Source: an uncultured bacterium
GTDB lineage: Bacteria; Bacteroidota; Bacteroidia; Bacteroidales; CAIWKO01
Direction: 5' to 3'
NCBI GenBank assembly: GCA_903862465.1
Contig: CAIOYH010000124.1
Coordinates: forward strand, 1 to 61,795
Length of the DNA: 61,795 bases
The number at the start of each line of letters is the position of its first letter. The stretch's first letter is position 1. The notes beneath the pieces are model-generated. The model saw only the letters and a list, made by a program, of their open reading frames with translations, ran no database searches and was not told the DNA's origin. Positions 21,301 to 26,819 of this stretch are shown in pieces. Both the position numbers and the translations under genes were made by a program.

Positions 21301-23411
21301 CCACTTAATGCTGCTACTGTGATATCATCAGTTAATAAATCTGTTCCTGTAATAGTAAATGTATTAGGACCTGATGTTGTATTTATGCACACATTGCCAA
21401 AAGTTGTTATAGCACCAACAGTCAATGTAGGAGTAGCAGTAGTAAAAGTCCCCTGAGTAGAATATGATGAACCACTACTGTTAGTAGCAAATGCCTTAAA
21501 ATAATAAACTGTGGATGGTGTTAAGCCTGTTACAAGTATTGTGAAAGTTCCTGTTGAATAAGGTCCCGGTGTTTCTAAAACTTTTGTTCCGGCACCATCG
21601 GCAAATCCGTTCGTTGCACTCCAATAAATTCCTCTTTCAATAATATCTGAGCATCCAATAGCAGTTATATTACCTCCTAAAGTTGCAGTGGTTGAACCTG
21701 TAGCTGTGCTCGTAGGTGTGGTAATTGAAGGCGAACAATTTACATTAAAAGCCCCTGAAACTTCACTTGTTTGTGGAATTCCACAATCTCCACTAAGTAC
21801 ACAATAATAATATAATGTTCCCAAGGTTGTTGTTTGCGGAGTATAAGAATTGGTTTGAGCTCCATTATCTGATCCAAGAGATATGCCCCCAGTGTTGCTG
21901 CCAATTGTATTGCTGTACCATTGATAATTCAAGTTTGTTCCATTTGCTGTTATGCTAATAGGTGTGAAATTTCCATTTATCGATTGTGTTTGACTCGCAG
22001 TTAACTGGTAGCTAATTTCTGTGGCTGAATTTACTATAAATTCTCCTGAAACATTGCTTGTTTGTGGATTTCCGCAGTTTCCACTGACAATGCAATAATA
22101 ATATAATGTCCCTTCTGATGATGCTAAAGGCGTGTATATATTAGAATTAGAACCTATTACAGTTCCTTCCGAAGTATTTGCATTTGTATTTTTGTACCAT
22201 TGATAACTCAAATTTGTTCCAGAAGCACTTACACTAATAGCTGTGAAAGTTCCATTAATACACTGGGTTTGCGATGAAGTTGATTGACTGTTAATGATTG
22301 TTGGGTTGTTACAAGGAGATGATGGGTTGTATTTAAATACTGTCGCATTACCTGCTACACCACTATATGCCACAAAAGGGATACTGCTTGAATTTAAAGC
22401 AATAGAAGTAAATGCAGCTGATCCATTTGAAAACCCAATACCTCCAACGGCTACCCAATTGCTGCCATCATATTTCATAACCGTAACATTTGAATTGTTT
22501 CCGATATCCTCATAAGCAATATAAGGCGTTCCATTTCCATCTATTGCAATAGATGTATAACGAACCTCCCCAACCGAAAAGCCAGGGCTTCCAACCACGA
22601 CCCAGCTACTGCCATTATATTTCTTTACTGTTGCTTTCAGACTATTTCCACCATCCCTATATATCACATAAGGTGTCCCACTTCCATCAATGGCAATATC
22701 GGTATAAGCAGCATCTCCAGTTGAAAAAGCAGCATTTCCTACTGTTTCCCAACCACTACCATTAAATTTCTTGACGGTAGCTTTATAATTGTTTCCCGCA
22801 TCTCGATAGGCAATATAAGGTGTTCCGCCAAAAATAGCAATTGAGTTCCAAGAAGCATCTGCTGCTGAAATACCTGTACTACCTACAGCAACCCAACTAC
22901 TGCCATTATATTTCATTACTGTAGCTTTAAATCCTATTGTTTGATCCTCATAAACAATATAAGGTGCTCCGCTTGCATCAATTGCTAAATCAGTGAAATC
23001 GACTCTACCTGATGAAATTCCTGTAGATCCAACAGTTACCCAAGAACTTCCATTATATTTCATTACTGAAGCATTATAAGGGTAATCATAATTTGTATAA
23101 GCAACATAAGGAGTACCACTTCCATCTATGGCTATAGATGTGAAGGTAGCATGTCCGGAAGAAAACCCTTCAACTCCGACAGATTCCCAATAATTGCCAT
23201 TATATTTTTTTACCGAAGCTTTATAGGATTGCCCATAATCCGAATAAACCACATAAGGGATGTTGGTCGAACTAATTGCAATTGACGTATAAGTAGCCCC
23301 ATTTAGAGAAATATTATTTCCCAAAGGTTCCCATGATTGTGCCTGCACATTAAACAGACTCATTAGCAACGAAATGCTTAAAACAAGCATACATACGTAA
23401 AGTTTCTTCAT
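6318..23411 (-). CDS. Giant (5697 aa) multidomain T9SS-secreted adhesin-like surface protein
   Basis: Signal peptide; 7-repeat N-terminal propeller (TSIAIDGSGTPYVAY); eight Ig-like spacer modules; FN3-like pair; cleaved-adhesin-like domains; IPT/TIG plus 7 FG-GAP repeats (GDIDGDGKPDL); CARDB-like repeats (E..E.NN); SprB-like and MBG-like domains; T9SS type-A-like C-terminus (IYLVKVKT...KNVKV). Confidence 0.93.
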   Translation of the reverse strand: MKKLYVCMLVLSISLLMSLFNVQAQSWEPLGNNISLNGATYTSIAISSTNIPYVVYSDYGQSYKASVKKYNGNYWESVGVEGFSSGHATFTSIAIDGSGTPYVAYTNYDYPYNASVMKYNGSSWVTVGSTGISSGRVDFTDLAIDASGAPYIVYEDQTIGFKATVMKYNGSSWVAVGSTGISAADASWNSIAIFGGTPYIAYRDAGNNYKATVKKFNGSGWETVGNAAFSTGDAAYTDIAIDGSGTPYVIYRDGGNSLKATVKKYNGSSWVVVGSPGFSVGEVRYTSIAIDGNGTPYIAYEDIGNNSNVTVMKYDGSNWVAVGGIGFSNGSAAFTSIALNSSSIPFVAYSGVAGNATVFKYNPSSPCNNPTIINSQSTSSQTQCINGTFTAISVSASGTNLSYQWYKNTNANTSEGTVIGSNSNIYTPLASSEGTLYYYCIVSGNCGNPQTSNVSGEFIVNSATEISYQLTASQTQSINGNFTPISITANGTNLNYQWYSNTIGSNTGGISLGSDNGAQTNSYTPQTTTLGTLYYYCVLSGDCGIPQTSEVSGAFNVNCSPSITTPTSTATGSTTATLGGNITAIGCSDIIERGIYWSATNGFADGAGTKVLETPGPYSTGTFTILVTGLTPSTVYYFKAFATNSSGSSYSTQGTFTTATPTLTVGAITTFGNVCINTTSGPNTFTITGTDLLTDDITVAALSGFTYSIDNTTYSSSLTIPQTGGAFSQIVYVKFSPTAVQSYSGNIVVGGGGAASVNRSVTGAGINPALTITTPTSQGIGMTTATLGGNITATGCSPVTERGIYWSTTNGFADGAGTKVSVTPGPYSTGSFTIPVTGLTTSTVYYFKAFSTNSGGTVYTTQGTFTTFSANPTVTIGTATTTTANNPVYSAYAYNYTQQIYTASEISAGGGVAGMQITTIRFYWAGSGNLTNTNSWVVYLCNTATATFASTTSWVPLASLTSCYDGAVALPGAAGWMTITLTTPYIWDGTNLVVAIDENVAGVGTAASWRYTSTSANYRTLYHYNNTTNPNPASPPTATSRTYNRPNIQLVMQPQPPCSATPTPGNTLSTANPLCNGQSITLSLQNATTGLGVSYQWQSSTDGIAYSNISDATSSIYTVVPDAPLYYQCIVTCLNGPTSATSTPIHITFNNNITSTTPGSRCGIGTVSLSAIGSGGTLNWYTAATGGVPLPVSGSPWTTPIINATTTYYVAAETGVQVNATIGTSTTNQNTTQTYPAPYGNWDENGKHHILILGSELSAAGLSAGNLSSLKFDVASLGTSGVHKAFTISIANTPLNILTATLQTTGFTTVFGPVNYQPIAGLNTHTFSNPFYWDGSSNIIVEVCFTNDATSSGIFYTANAVMNRTTTAFNSVAYLVADNSAQCPLSTSATISTARPNMIFAGQSVCSNPRSAVTATVNTAPTLSATANPTTICQGTSSTLTATSSNPDYTYTWSPTTTPSSGAVVTASPIATTVYTVSANDYTGGPYGGCASTATVSVVVNPIPTNVTATASMPTVCVGGSFNLNSSSNAGSLVNYSEGFETWPPANWTFINAGLGNQWASNTSNYHSGTKSMSLTFNLNNAANCWGITQGFNLNAGITYTISFWYVLPFGTSYPENLKVTVGNAPTVAAQTTILWTGAGIVNTSWLQANPTFTPMTTSMYYFAWNCYSAANMHTLVVDDISITGGELNPCSFSWTSSPTGFTSSEQNPTNVSQIVNTEYTVTAQNDYGCVATASTTVAAVLEASIITQPAPAIKCLGQTATFIVAASGPNLIYTWQKNTIPIDPIANPSAATASLTLNNVTALDAGDYSVVMSADCGLPVTSDAAALTVKPVPTISASSNSPICAGSTLNLIGTNDIGSTFSWTGPDGFTSSSLSPTIPAATIAASGTYSISAILDGCVSLVSSISVVVNQTPSAITVTPSSATVCPGGNTQLLTASGGTISGVTILSETFNGGTNNWTKLNNSTNGTPALAAWTLEPDAYVYTTYGTWHSNDNSKFYMSNSDVQGTGGTTATILQSPSISTVGFTQVNISFWHYFYEPTTASSTGKVEVSLSGTTWTSLQTYNSTQGAVSDFVNANIALTAPFLNQSIVYIRFKYDGVWRFFWGIDNVSITGIGPAQTTWSPQTGLFTNVGATLPYIGSSTTTVYALPVANTTYTVTSTATSTGCASSNTVSVAVNAVTSIGSQSTEGQTQCIHGTFTPISVTASGIGTLTYQWYKNTVASTSGGTAVGANSNTYTPSTTVAGTLFYYCMVTGSCGTATSTVSGAFVVNPATTITSQSTATQTQYINGTFTSISIAANGSGTLSYQWFSNTSANTSGGIVIGTNSNTYTPLATTIGTLYYYCVVHSDCGADVTSAISGAFFVNPPPPTITYFTPASGAIGSSVTITGTNFNTTVAQNIVFFGATQAMVTEATSTSLTVTVPVGVTYQYISVTNLALNLTAYSASPFIVTLAGNIAFAKEQFSTGGYDPSVSIGDIDGDGKSDLVVANYGNNMIWVFRNMSISGNLSFAYNVNFTTGSGPSSVSIGDLDGDGKPDLAVAINNSSKVSVYLNTSTPGSISFATNVDFTTGSLPETINIGDLNGDGKPDLVVANTGSNTVSVLCNTSSLGTISFATKIDFTTGSVPFSASIGDIDGDGKPDLAVNNYSSNTVSVFRNTSTLGAISLSAKVDFTTGIGPGTLRIGDIDGDGKPDLAVPNISSNTLSVLRNTSSSGSVSFASKVDFTTGSTPYTVCIGDIDGDGKPDLAVPNSGSNTVSILRNTSTSGSVSFASKADFTTGTYPYSVCIGDIDGDGKPDLTVADRFSSTVSVLKQCTIYISSQSTATQTQCINGTFTPISVTASGTGTLTYQWYKNTVASNSGGISLGSDNGAQTESYTPEATTEGTLYYYCGVTGSCGTVVSEVSGAFIVNPVTSITNQSTASHSYCVGETCSAISVIATGTNLSYQWYSNTIESNSGGTSLDYENGAQTNSYTPQAIDIGTLYYYCVVTGDCGSPQTSLISGAFVVNSTPDAPTGSSPQSFCSGNSPKVADLVVSGSNIKWYSTPFGQSTCSGTFPLYSGSNYYATQTVAGCESSTRLTVAATVNITPDAPTGIAAQTFCSGATVANLAATGTTIQWYAYESGGSALATSTVLVHGTRYYASQTLYSCESSDRLGVTATVNTTAAPTGTAAQSFCSTASPTVASLAAIGTDVKWYDASSAGNLLVGSSALVSGTHYYASQTVDGCESSNLLDVTATIHTPSTVPTSINGTAVICNGTSTMLSVADGSLGAGASWHWYETNCGGALVAIGPSATLSPSSSRTYYIRAENACNTTACANVDITVNEISVAPTSFGGTTTICAGEHTTLSIVGGSLGTDASWHWYSGSCGGTFVETGATIDVNPAVNTTYYVRAEGTCNTSSCASATVTVNTLSIAPISISGTASVWIGVPTTLTVVGGSLGTGASYKWYFGACGEIGVFVDVGTSINVNPVTNTTYYVRAEGSCNTSDCSPEKAIDPPLNHPPTLNYTNNIGFVNHVVSPANGTPNDEYRFEVRYTDADGDLPAATYPRLKLDFDGNPATSDANDRLYFMMEIDPLDVDVSNGKDYYYIASSLPESNQWKTSITAVDDGNFSVVLGPEAEPDVLTAADVSIFANDITFSNSHPNPGDHITVSAVIHNYSGSPANNFEVRLVNQFAPDVVILPDPKPIAQIAAYSSTTVSWDIQTPDQPAWCPMQVIIDCNNALVEPNELDNQAIRPFINGNFVLPGHIEITATATPPVAYSNSTINVCGSAWYVGTSVVLLDPSCAGATVTYTVVETGQTGSTYSNSLGNYCFGIYAPFPVGIYHVNVHITDFTLDGDVSTSFEIIAPPPCLLPDLVATIDLGTQTVTPGNCHGNNCINILQGQALAGSVTVTNQGLGASLASELHIQSPDGNPNPSGNYPIPALAPGASFNIIIPAMTFINLGGTYFSTTVDFDSEIDECSEGNNNNSVCIMVHPTLPDIIASGNLGSPYYECQFNSITFWLDNQGGVATGPVGGNFACSLDITPLGGAVIHLPNVLVNNIPALTCTSVTFPWNQHHDPGNYSFEFHADCLPPLPLGGVVAEISELNNAVTVTTTLIACKPDLTVYGCSNLIVNPVDPIVGGPPAGDIIISATVANIGLEDSGPFDVEFMVDGNPTISNQLGLLIGQSRQIQITVPTPAFGNKVLTVTIDPVDPQGDIDESNEFNNVATASLCWDFYLTDLCGNGAFWNYTQIKNTPVTLDVGVNNLGIYKASNLDVHFYVRGPKVGGIYPAWGALPDATAQTFCGTTVCSCPFRLEGAPQYAFQSNGTYQVKMIADPHNAYIECDDFNNELIVEVLVSDKPEYRVLSQYIAPSLLNPDLNVPIDIDITYENIGMSSTQDIKLFTQVDNTPLEEQIVPGLMQGTFNTIHLVTPWSSNIRGIHIIRTFIDHDNQISENDELNNEATRAVIVGKAPNLVFIAHSVSNSLPPDGAQISIDATIQNIGYEICDATYRVYYLDNQGNEVLVGQQFISLDVDESIPISIPWTVVDTRTTLIGRISDGNPMEYNITDNEFSLDIGANLNLAFTTTPALCHSSADGVATVTVSSGGQAPYSYLWSNGYNVNSIAAVAGSYSVTVTDVDGLTSSGNVIITAPAALVVGVSISTPFTSVCQNDNITFTATPTNGGLAPMYNWYVGGVPQSEHSASFQYNGASESVYCIMTSNAACVSGIQETSNTINLTVNPIPSPPSGTTPQTLIPTSKISDISVTGTDIKWYNASTGGDLLLSSDVLIDGTTYYASQTINGCESSRLAITVIIPSCINPSITSQSTTTQTKCFGESFTAISIAATGTNLVYHWFSKADQITSGGNVVGANSNSYTPSATTVGTLYYYCVVHGDCGNDVTSQISGAFTVNPATTINSQSTASQAQCFNGSFTPIIVMASGTGTITYQWYKNTVASNNGGTSLGSANGAQTNSYIPSTATVGTLYYYCVVHSSCGSDVTSAISGAFTVSSASIGGSISGSSPITYGGSTGTLTLSSYVGSILNWEKKLNSGNWTTIANTSATYSEYPTAAGSWSYRAVVKNDGCVSVYSNVFCLIVNPKPLSITADDKFKNYDGTVYTGYTVSYSGFVLGDTYTSLGGSLTFSGTAITATSLGFYTITPSGQTSSNYAITYNNGTLEIFVCNPTYTVTNTLNNGIGSLRYAINHVCNNGTINFDPSIDNQIITLTTVPLNIDNTITFNNSNHTYGISISGSMNNIVINAGHTLTLASGSKVSVLGSIVNNAGVSGIVIASGASFIQNTTNLPATAKRVLSNAWHLFGSPFQQSMGATLSNINTGVGTVQLKPYTNGTNWLANVTSPLYFLQPTVGYAVCPSTTVTASLSGNLFNGLAAPCDYSIPLTYNGTAATQSWNLLANPFPSYLYWNALGKTNLSTSLYYWNPAVIGPPVTNTSYFSVYNSANGVGVPASTKPYIAPLQGFFVRAIYTNPKITLPLSARTHSTSTFYKESNNTEILVRLKTETEMGMDEMVICKNPDAKLTYEDYDSEKMFDGLPVGMFSLAASGEKLVINTINDINTIIPLTIMGNAGDKAKITAFDLESSLPVYLEDRLKGKITNLSENSSYSFEFLADEVNGRFFIRFNNSNAPLTASNFNVFETSQKLNIIAQTGEEIQEVEVFTLTGACVFKATPNSSNVFSATLNLSSAIYLVKVKTSLATKNVKVSWE

Positions 23412-23486
23412 ACAAATAAAGTATTATTGTTTTCCTACTCTATTTGGCTTTTCGGATACTGCCCCCGACAATTGCCTTGTCGGGAC
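23412..23486 (-). promoter_or_regulatory. Conserved 5' leader (candidate structured cis-regulatory RNA), copy 2
   Basis: Near-identical to 751..824. Minus strand reads GTCCCGACAAGGCAATTGTCGGGGGCAGTATCCGAAAAGCCAAATAGAGTAGGAA. Confidence 0.6.
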
Positions 23487-23622
23487 GGACCCCGAAAACT
23501 ACCTTATCGGGAAAGGTCCCAATTTAGAATGCCTCTATTGGGAGAGGCATATAGGTCAAATCTGTTGAATGGTATCCAAGGGGCTTAAGTTGTTTCTTTT
23601 TTTCAATGTAATATCAAAGAAA

Positions 23623-23659
23623 ACTCATCCGACAACAGGAGGTTTGTCGTCGGATGAGT
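23623..23659 (-). terminator. Intrinsic terminator-like hairpin after the 243-aa gene, copy 2
   Basis: ACTCATCCGACGAC..GTTGTCGGATGAGT followed by TTTCTTT on the minus strand, 7 nt after the stop. Confidence 0.7.
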
Positions 23660-23666
23660 CGGAGCG

Positions 23667-24398
23667 CTACGCTATGGTTAGCGTAAACGGTCCGTTCCAA
23701 TCGCCAGCCAAATGCTTGTGGTGGGTGTTGGTCCAACGTACAAAATACTTCACGTCGAATCCTGCCAAACTCGGGTCAATGTTCAATTTGAATTTTGCAG
23801 TTGTAGAGGAATCATGGCAGTTTGTTTCCGAAGGAATGCTGCATGATTTCAACACTTTTTTGTCGGTAGTTTCGTCAATTTTGCGTCTGCCTTCCACCAC
23901 AGCATACGCGATTTCGACCATATTAGCAGTATCCGGAACTGCATAATGTTTTTTGTCGAAGCGCGAACGAGTGCCAAAATGAAAAATACCCAATGGAAGC
24001 ACCGTAGCGTCGGGAATGCATGGGTCGCTAATTTGTTCCGTTGGTACTGTTTTAGATGCTTTTATTCCGGTTTTGCGATTTAGTTTGTCGCGGTCATTGT
24101 CGGTCCATTTGCTGGCAGGGATGTCATTATACGTTATGCTCAACTCTGCTTGCAGCTCTTTTGTTTTTTTACGTAAACCTCTTTTTACAGCTTTGGTGCG
24201 TGCGCCCGATTCGTCGTCCCAAAGTGCTTTGTAATACAAATAGGTGTCAACCGTGTCCACATCTCCATATAGGGCTCCTAAAATCAGAAGGCGAGCCGGA
24301 CTAACGCCTAATCGTGTGGCGTTTATGGTTATATAGGGCATTGCTATAATAATATAGGTGAAGAATCCTAAAATTGTTCCTGGATATACTGATGGCAT
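23667..24398 (-). CDS. 243-aa hypothetical protein; paralog of 961..1692
   Basis: Same length as 961..1692 and aligns to it without gaps. Confidence 0.9.
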   Translation of the reverse strand: MPSVYPGTILGFFTYIIIAMPYITINATRLGVSPARLLILGALYGDVDTVDTYLYYKALWDDESGARTKAVKRGLRKKTKELQAELSITYNDIPASKWTDNDRDKLNRKTGIKASKTVPTEQISDPCIPDATVLPLGIFHFGTRSRFDKKHYAVPDTANMVEIAYAVVEGRRKIDETTDKKVLKSCSIPSETNCHDSSTTAKFKLNIDPSLAGFDVKYFVRWTNTHHKHLAGDWNGPFTLTIA

Positions 24399-24489
24399 AT
24401 TATTTAAGTATTTATTGATTATTATTTATAAATTTGAAATGATTATTGAATTTTTAAAGTATAGAAAATGATTTTTTTCTTTAATTAAT

Positions 24490-25131
24490 TCATGTAAAAC
24501 CTGAATAGGAAAATGGTTTCCCTGATTTACTGACACTGCCTATACGGTTACAATTGTTGAAACTGTGGTTGCAAAAGCAATAGGTATGTTTTAAGATGAA
24601 ACGCATAAGGTTTACAGTTTTTGAACCACGGAAAAAAGTGTAGCAACCTCGGAAAAAAGTCCGGCAACCTCGGAAAAAAGTGTAGCAACCTCGGAAATAA
24701 TTCCAGCAACCTCGGAAAAAAGTCCGGCAACCTCGGAAAAAAGTCCGGCAACCATGGTTAAAAGTGCAGCAACCATGGTTAAAAGTGCAGCAACCATGGT
24801 TAAAAATCGCAAAAATCGGCTTAAAATGCGTGTGCTTGCGTTTTATTTGTAGATAATCAGATAGATACGAAAAACAAGCAGAGATGACTGCCATGGAAGT
24901 GCTCATAATCCCCCAAAATATATGATACACTACTATGATATGTCCTACGGCATTGTTTGGCATAAAATAAAACGACGAGCACGTTTGAGCGGGTGTGGAA
25001 TGAAAAGAGTTTTTTGTAATGTGCAAGCCGGCGTTCGTGCCGAATTTGGCGCAGCCTGTTGCCATTCTCCTGTTCTTTAAGGAGACTTGAGCCGCAAAAC
25101 CAAAACAAGCGATATCGAACCAAGGTTTCAT
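24490..25131 (-). CDS. Possible heptad-repeat (RTFFRGC / CTFNHGC) protein; paralogous frame to 1784..2488; start uncertain
   Basis: Shares the FSYLSDYLQIK and KSG.P..Y.GF.* anchors. N-termini are not similar. Confidence 0.4.
   Translation of the reverse strand: MKPWFDIACFGFAAQVSLKNRRMATGCAKFGTNAGLHITKNSFHSTPAQTCSSFYFMPNNAVGHIIVVYHIFWGIMSTSMAVISACFSYLSDYLQIKRKHTHFKPIFAIFNHGCCTFNHGCCTFNHGCRTFFRGCRTFFRGCWNYFRGCYTFFRGCRTFFRGCYTFFRGSKTVNLMRFILKHTYCFCNHSFNNCNRIGSVSKSGKPFSYSGFT
24622..24810. repeat. 21-bp tandem array, 9 units of two types (GCAACCTCGGAAAAAAGTCCG x6, GCAACCATGGTTAAAAGTGCA x3)
   Basis: Directly visible 21-nt period. Confidence 0.95.
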
Positions 25132-25298
25132 TCCTGAGTATTTTTTTTATTTACATAAATATAGAATCAGCTAAAGAGAAGTCTGTAGTCAACGCTTTTT
25201 TATTCACATTTTTTCTCCTTTGAGCATTTAATGAATCGGACAGCACTGTATAAAATAATTTCTTCATGAGCTTTCTATTCTAAAAATATAGTTATTGG

Positions 25299-25380
25299 CA
25301 AAGATAAGCTGAAAAGATTTTTTCTTTAATTTTCCGAACGAAAACTTAGTCCTAAATTTTAAAAATTAGGACTAAGTTTT
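25299..25380 (-). promoter_or_regulatory. Bacteroidota -7 element (TATCTTTG, 25299..25306) with upstream palindrome AAAACTTAGTCCTAA..TTAGGACTAAGTTTT (25341..25380); operator and/or terminator
   Basis: 15-bp perfect arms 8 nt past the AraC stop, with the same GTCC..GGAC core as 2609..2642. Confidence 0.5.
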
Positions 25381-25388
25381 TTGGGGAA

Positions 25389-26585
25389 TTAGGAAGGTAA
25401 TTTGGCGGCGTAAGCTCCTGGGGTGATGCCTTCAAATTTCTTAAAGGCGGTGAAAAAGGAATTTTTTGAGGAGAAGCCCGATTCTATGCCTAAAGCTTCG
25501 AGGGTATGTTTGCTTGTCCATTCTTTATCCATCAGCTTCTTGGCATAGTTCACGCGCCATTCATTGCAGCAATCATGGAAATGCCGCTTTTTCTCATTCT
25601 TGAAATAATAGGCAAGATGATGTATAGGTATCTGCGTGAGAATTGAAATATGAGCGATAGTGCATTTAGGATTTAAGAAAGGGCGTTGTTTGCGAACACA
25701 CGAATCTACTTTTTTTTGTATGAGTTTTAGATAGCCCGCCTCTAGAATTGCATCATGTTTTTCAGGTTCAATAGCTATAATTTCAATTTCTGTAGGGTTT
25801 GCCAACACCCTAGAGGTTGAGTTGGGCAGTTGCGGCAACCCATATAAAATGGCAGGAAATAAAAAAGGAGATATCAACAAACCTGTAATGCCTATTGCTG
25901 AAAAGACTCGTAAGGTATGGAGTGTGTTGAATAGCCTGATGTCATTATGTTGGATGGATTCTATCAGCATTAAGGTATGACTACATAGCAAAATGAACAA
26001 ACATAGCAGCAACATGACAATCCATTTAGTCATAAATTGCTGTCGCACGAAAACCGATTCTATTTTCTTTTGTTTTCGATAATGAAATAATAAAATAACC
26101 GACCAAAACAGGTAAGCCAAAATGAATAGAGAGCGGCTCAAAAAAACAATGAAAGCGGGGAAATTATGAAATTCGACGAACTGATGTGTCCACATATAGT
26201 TGGCATCTGCCACTATTTTTATAGCAATGTCCACTTTGTGTTCCCAAGGAGAAATAATATGCGTAAAAGACGCAATGAGGAAAAGCGCCATAGGAAGCAA
26301 ATGCCAAATATCCCTTCGTTTTAGATGAAAATTATCCGTCAAAATACTCCGAACGTACCAAAACAACATAGGACCTATCAGAAAAGACAGAAACCCTAAA
26401 TTTAAAAACACCACACTCACCAGAAACACCGATTTGGAATCCAACATAACATACTGCTGAAAACTACTGATGCTTATCAACAAAAAGAAAATTGCCAAAT
26501 AATTGGCAGATGTGTTTTTTCTTACATTGAAAAGCAGCAATAGTACAGACAGAAACATACCTAATATGGATAATGCTAGCAACAC
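25389..26585 (-). CDS. Polytopic membrane AraC-family transcriptional regulator
   Basis: About seven hydrophobic segments (GPMLFWYV, HLLP motifs), then an AraC HTH (GFSSKNSFFTAFKKFEGITP). GTG start. Confidence 0.9.
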   Translation of the reverse strand: MLLALSILGMFLSVLLLLFNVRKNTSANYLAIFFLLISISSFQQYVMLDSKSVFLVSVVFLNLGFLSFLIGPMLFWYVRSILTDNFHLKRRDIWHLLPMALFLIASFTHIISPWEHKVDIAIKIVADANYMWTHQFVEFHNFPAFIVFLSRSLFILAYLFWSVILLFHYRKQKKIESVFVRQQFMTKWIVMLLLCLFILLCSHTLMLIESIQHNDIRLFNTLHTLRVFSAIGITGLLISPFLFPAILYGLPQLPNSTSRVLANPTEIEIIAIEPEKHDAILEAGYLKLIQKKVDSCVRKQRPFLNPKCTIAHISILTQIPIHHLAYYFKNEKKRHFHDCCNEWRVNYAKKLMDKEWTSKHTLEALGIESGFSSKNSFFTAFKKFEGITPGAYAAKLPS

Positions 26586-26730
26586 TTCTTACATGTATTA
26601 TAGTGTGAATTTATGAGTGGTTAATTTTCTGCAAAACTACAATAATATTATAAATCGCAAAGAAGAATTTTTTATTTTTTTTACTTCACTTTCGTGGATA
26701 CTAAAAGTAAGCTACTTGAATCAATGCCTT

Positions 26731-26819
26731 AATGACCAGGAATGACCACCTAATGACAATAAATGACCCCCCAATGACAATTAATGACTATAAATGACCA
26801 CCTAATGACTACAACTGAC
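26731..26819 (+). repeat. Helically phased AATGAC array, 9 units
   Basis: Units at 26731, 26741, 26752, 26762, 26773, 26783, 26793, 26804, 26814 (spacing 10/11). Confidence 0.85.

Noticed and set aside
9190-22765. Many 60-90 aa ORFs within or antisense to the giant gene
   Set aside because: Shadow frames of a long repetitive CDS, with no independent motifs.
1-26819. Prophage, ICE, DGR or invertible-promoter locus
   Set aside because: No integrase, transposase, reverse transcriptase, structural phage genes or TR/VR pair with adenine-specific differences was seen. The palindromes are too short-looped to flank an invertible promoter.
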